64,000 nt of DNA. Origin: Candidatus Latescibacterota bacterium (GTDB lineage: Bacteria; Latescibacterota; UBA2968; UBA8231). The stretch lies in contig OZ242214.1 in NCBI GenBank assembly GCA_965206595.1, forward strand, positions 192,001 through 256,000, read 5' to 3'. A program made the position numbers and the translations under genes. The notes below the pieces were generated by a model that saw nothing but the letters and a program-made list of their open reading frames with translations, made no database searches and was not told where the DNA came from. Positions 61,790 to 64,000 of this stretch are shown piece by piece; position 1 is the first letter of the stretch; every line of letters begins with the position of its first letter.

Positions 61790-62647
61790 ATGTCCTGTAT
61801 TTTCATTGCGGTACTTACAGTTTTGGCTGCCCTCCTTACGGCAGAGGCAAAAGCCCAAACGGATGAGGCTGCCAGGCAGGAGCCCAAAGAAATCACCATC
61901 CACCTCCGTGGAAACGAGCAGATGGCCGCGGCTCTGCAGGAGGCGGCTGCCAAGGGGACGACAGTTACCGGGATAGCCGATTTTGATTCCCTTTCGGCGG
62001 TTTATGAACTGATGAGAATACACCGCGATGATGGCATGTCTTCTGGCTTTTACGGGCATCGGTTTCGGCTGAGTTTCCTTTCGGAAAAGAACGTAACCGC
62101 TATTGTTGAAGGCTACAGAAACTTGCCCTTTATCAAATCTGCAAAGGCAGGAAAACCGGTTTATTTAGGTAACCGTATCCATGCCTTGGGTGGCGGACAT
62201 CACGTAGGGCGAATTCCTACCAAATTGGTCTTTGGTACTCTTTCGGGAACAGCTGTTACCTTGGTTTCGGCTGTTCTATATGATACTTATTTCGAAGAGG
62301 AGCCAAAGGGGGGTGACGACCCTTGGGGAGGGTTGGACAGTGTTTATTATGGTTTGATTGCCGGCTGTGCGGGGGGATTCCCGTTGGGTGTGACCGCGGT
62401 CGATCCATATGATTCTTTGCCCGTTACCCTTCTCGCCGGTGTTATACCGGGGGCGGTCGGCGTCTTCTTGCTCGGGTCCGGACTGGATCTGAACACCGGG
62501 TTACTGTTGGCGTTCGTCATTCCCCAATTCAGCGCTCTCATCACCTCTGAAATATGGCGCAACCCTTCCGAAGATCACCGTACTTCCCTTGCCATAGCCC
62601 CAACCCCAAAGGGTGGCCTTTCGGGGATTGCCACACTGCAGTTTTAA
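61790..62647 (+). CDS. Exported/membrane protein, paralog 1 (conserved N-domain plus Gly-rich hydrophobic C-domain)
   Basis: Signal peptide AEAKA; KEITIHL...TVTGIADFDSLSAVY; several TM helices; ends LSGIATLQF. Confidence 0.75.
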   Translation: MSCIFIAVLTVLAALLTAEAKAQTDEAARQEPKEITIHLRGNEQMAAALQEAAAKGTTVTGIADFDSLSAVYELMRIHRDDGMSSGFYGHRFRLSFLSEKNVTAIVEGYRNLPFIKSAKAGKPVYLGNRIHALGGGHHVGRIPTKLVFGTLSGTAVTLVSAVLYDTYFEEEPKGGDDPWGGLDSVYYGLIAGCAGGFPLGVTAVDPYDSLPVTLLAGVIPGAVGVFLLGSGLDLNTGLLLAFVIPQFSALITSEIWRNPSEDHRTSLAIAPTPKGGLSGIATLQF

Positions 62648-62664
62648 AGGAGAAAAGATTTGAT

Positions 62665-62886
62665 ATGTCCCTGATTTTCCGTGCAGTACTTACCATGTTG
62701 GCTGCCCTCCTTGCAGCCGAGGCCCAAGTAGAAACGGATGAGGACCGATTGGCCAAAATGTTTTCGCCCATCCTGATCTTGACCGAGGAGACCGGAGGAA
62801 AGTGGGGAGACATCAAGGTACAGAAACCGGAACCCGTGGGCATCATGGGGGCTACCTCGGCGGACAACATATGCCTGAATCCGTGA
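62665..62886 (+). pseudogene. Short, probably truncated exported protein sharing its signal sequence with the 61790 gene
   Basis: AAGGAG RBS; MSLIFRAVLTMLAALLAAEAQ versus MSCIFIAVLTVLAALLTAEAK; stops after 73 aa. Confidence 0.55.
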
Positions 62887-63276
62887 TCGTTTCTATAGCG
62901 AGTGATCAAATTTGATATTTAAGCTGCGTCATGTACTTGTCAAGAGGATTTGGGTGTCAGCGACATGCCATTACGGCGGATTGCGCTGTCGATGGCTCTC
63001 CAAGTCGATAGGAGTCGCAAGAGCGGGCCTACGCCTGCCTTGAGTGCTCCGGGGAGTCGAAGGCGGGGGAAGTCGTCGCCTCAGGCACACACTCTCAGGT
63101 AGGGCCGTCTCCAGACATCGAACCAGGGGTTGAAATACCCGAAGCTGAGCCCGAAACGGCCCCATGCCGGACCCAGCGGGCGGCCTGATACATGAGGGCC
63201 AGAATTACACTGCGGAGCCGCCGACGGCCGGCCTCTACCCCTTAGAAAGGAAAGCGACTTCAAATGGCCCTAAAAA

Positions 63277-63308
63277 TCGGAGTGAAAGTTTTTCGGAGTG
63301 AAAGTTTT
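63277..63308. repeat. 16-bp tandem duplication upstream of paralog 2
   Basis: TCGGAGTGAAAGTTTT twice. Confidence 0.9.
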
Positions 63309-63314
63309 TCCGTT

Positions 63315-64000
63315 ATGAAAAAAGGGATCCTGTACTCCGCCTTGTGCCTGAGTGGAACTGCCCTCTTGGCATCGGAAAGCGAAGGCCAAGCTGCTCTCAC
63401 GCAGGAGGGAACGGGGTATAAAGAAATCACCATCCGCATTGGTGGGAGCCGGGCGCTGACCGCGGCTCTGCTGGACGCGGCTGCTAAGGGGGTGACAGTT
63501 ACCGGAATCGCCGGTTTTGATTCCCTTTCTGCCGTTTATGGCCTGATGGGGATATATCGCAAGGGTGTATCCTCGGGTTTTTACGGGCATCGATTACGGT
63601 TGAGATTTCCACCGGACTCCGATGTGGCGGAGATCACCGGGGCCTACCGGAACTTACCCTATATAACGGGGCGATTGGGTGCGGTGGTTTCAAAAAAAAG
63701 AGAAGCAGGGGTCGGAAGAAAACTTGTGTACGGTATGCTGGGGGGTACCGTTTGTGGGCTCGTAGGAGCGTTAACCTTATTCCCCCTCCCAACAGGAGGA
63801 GATGGTATCGGCGCAGCTGCAGGGCTCGCCATGGGTTTTGCGGGGGGCAACGTAGTTGGAACCGCAATTGGCGTTAGCGTGGCTGGAGAGGGCCTGGGTT
63901 TCCCGGGCCACTTTGCGGGCAGTGCCCTGTTGGGGGTAGGAGTTCCTGTGGCAGCTTTAGCTCATTTAGAAGCTGGGAAGATGCGTGGGACTCTAGTCCT
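63315..64000 (+). CDS. Exported/membrane protein, paralog 2 (runs off the window)
   Basis: Manual translation is open to the window end: MKKGILYSALCL...KEITIRIGG...AAAKGVTVTGIAGFDSLSAVYGLM...SSGFYGHRLRL...YRNLPY, then Gly-rich helices. Confidence 0.8.
   Translation, partial: MKKGILYSALCLSGTALLASESEGQAALTQEGTGYKEITIRIGGSRALTAALLDAAAKGVTVTGIAGFDSLSAVYGLMGIYRKGVSSGFYGHRLRLRFPPDSDVAEITGAYRNLPYITGRLGAVVSKKREAGVGRKLVYGMLGGTVCGLVGALTLFPLPTGGDGIGAAAGLAMGFAGGNVVGTAIGVSVAGEGLGFPGHFAGSALLGVGVPVAALAHLEAGKMRGTLV

Overview
GC-rich bacterial window. The gene mix (TonB-dependent receptor, PorV-like barrel, CBM9/DOMON-like protein, C-terminal (S/T)WGxxK motifs, several PhyH-fold dioxygenases, Gfo/Idh/MocA and enolase-family enzymes) suggests an FCB-superphylum candidate lineage such as Latescibacterota; this is an inference only. 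Left to right: parA/soj (partial), ppdK, an oxidoreductase, a TonB-dependent receptor, ilvNB, an enolase-family enzyme, an outer-membrane protein and an acyl-CoA ligase; an IS630/ISL3 patch; a sugar kinase/HAD/DHS-like operon divergent from galU-larA; a 12-gene, more AT-rich cell-envelope cluster at 23.5-36.9 kb (lipoproteins, TolB-like, PorV-like barrel, giant TPR, ExbB, ExbD, TonB-anchor/DUF4159 fusion); a second ISL3 copy cut by an IS3; decaying genes; a PLP/enolase catabolic cluster; three PhyH-fold enzymes with HxG instead of HxD around an unknown 645-aa protein; a sialidase-like/GNAT/oxidoreductase/TRAP set; a collapsed hybrid sensor-regulator; and paralogous membrane proteins. The best candidates for undescribed biology are (1) the ExbBD-energised PorV/TPR/DUF4159 envelope machine with WGxxK-tailed putative cargo, (2) the HxG halogenase-like Fe/2OG enzyme cluster, and (3) an apparent A:T->C:G mutational bias in the ISL3 copies. 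No rRNA, tRNA or CRISPR array was recognised. All family assignments come from motif recognition by eye, with no database search.
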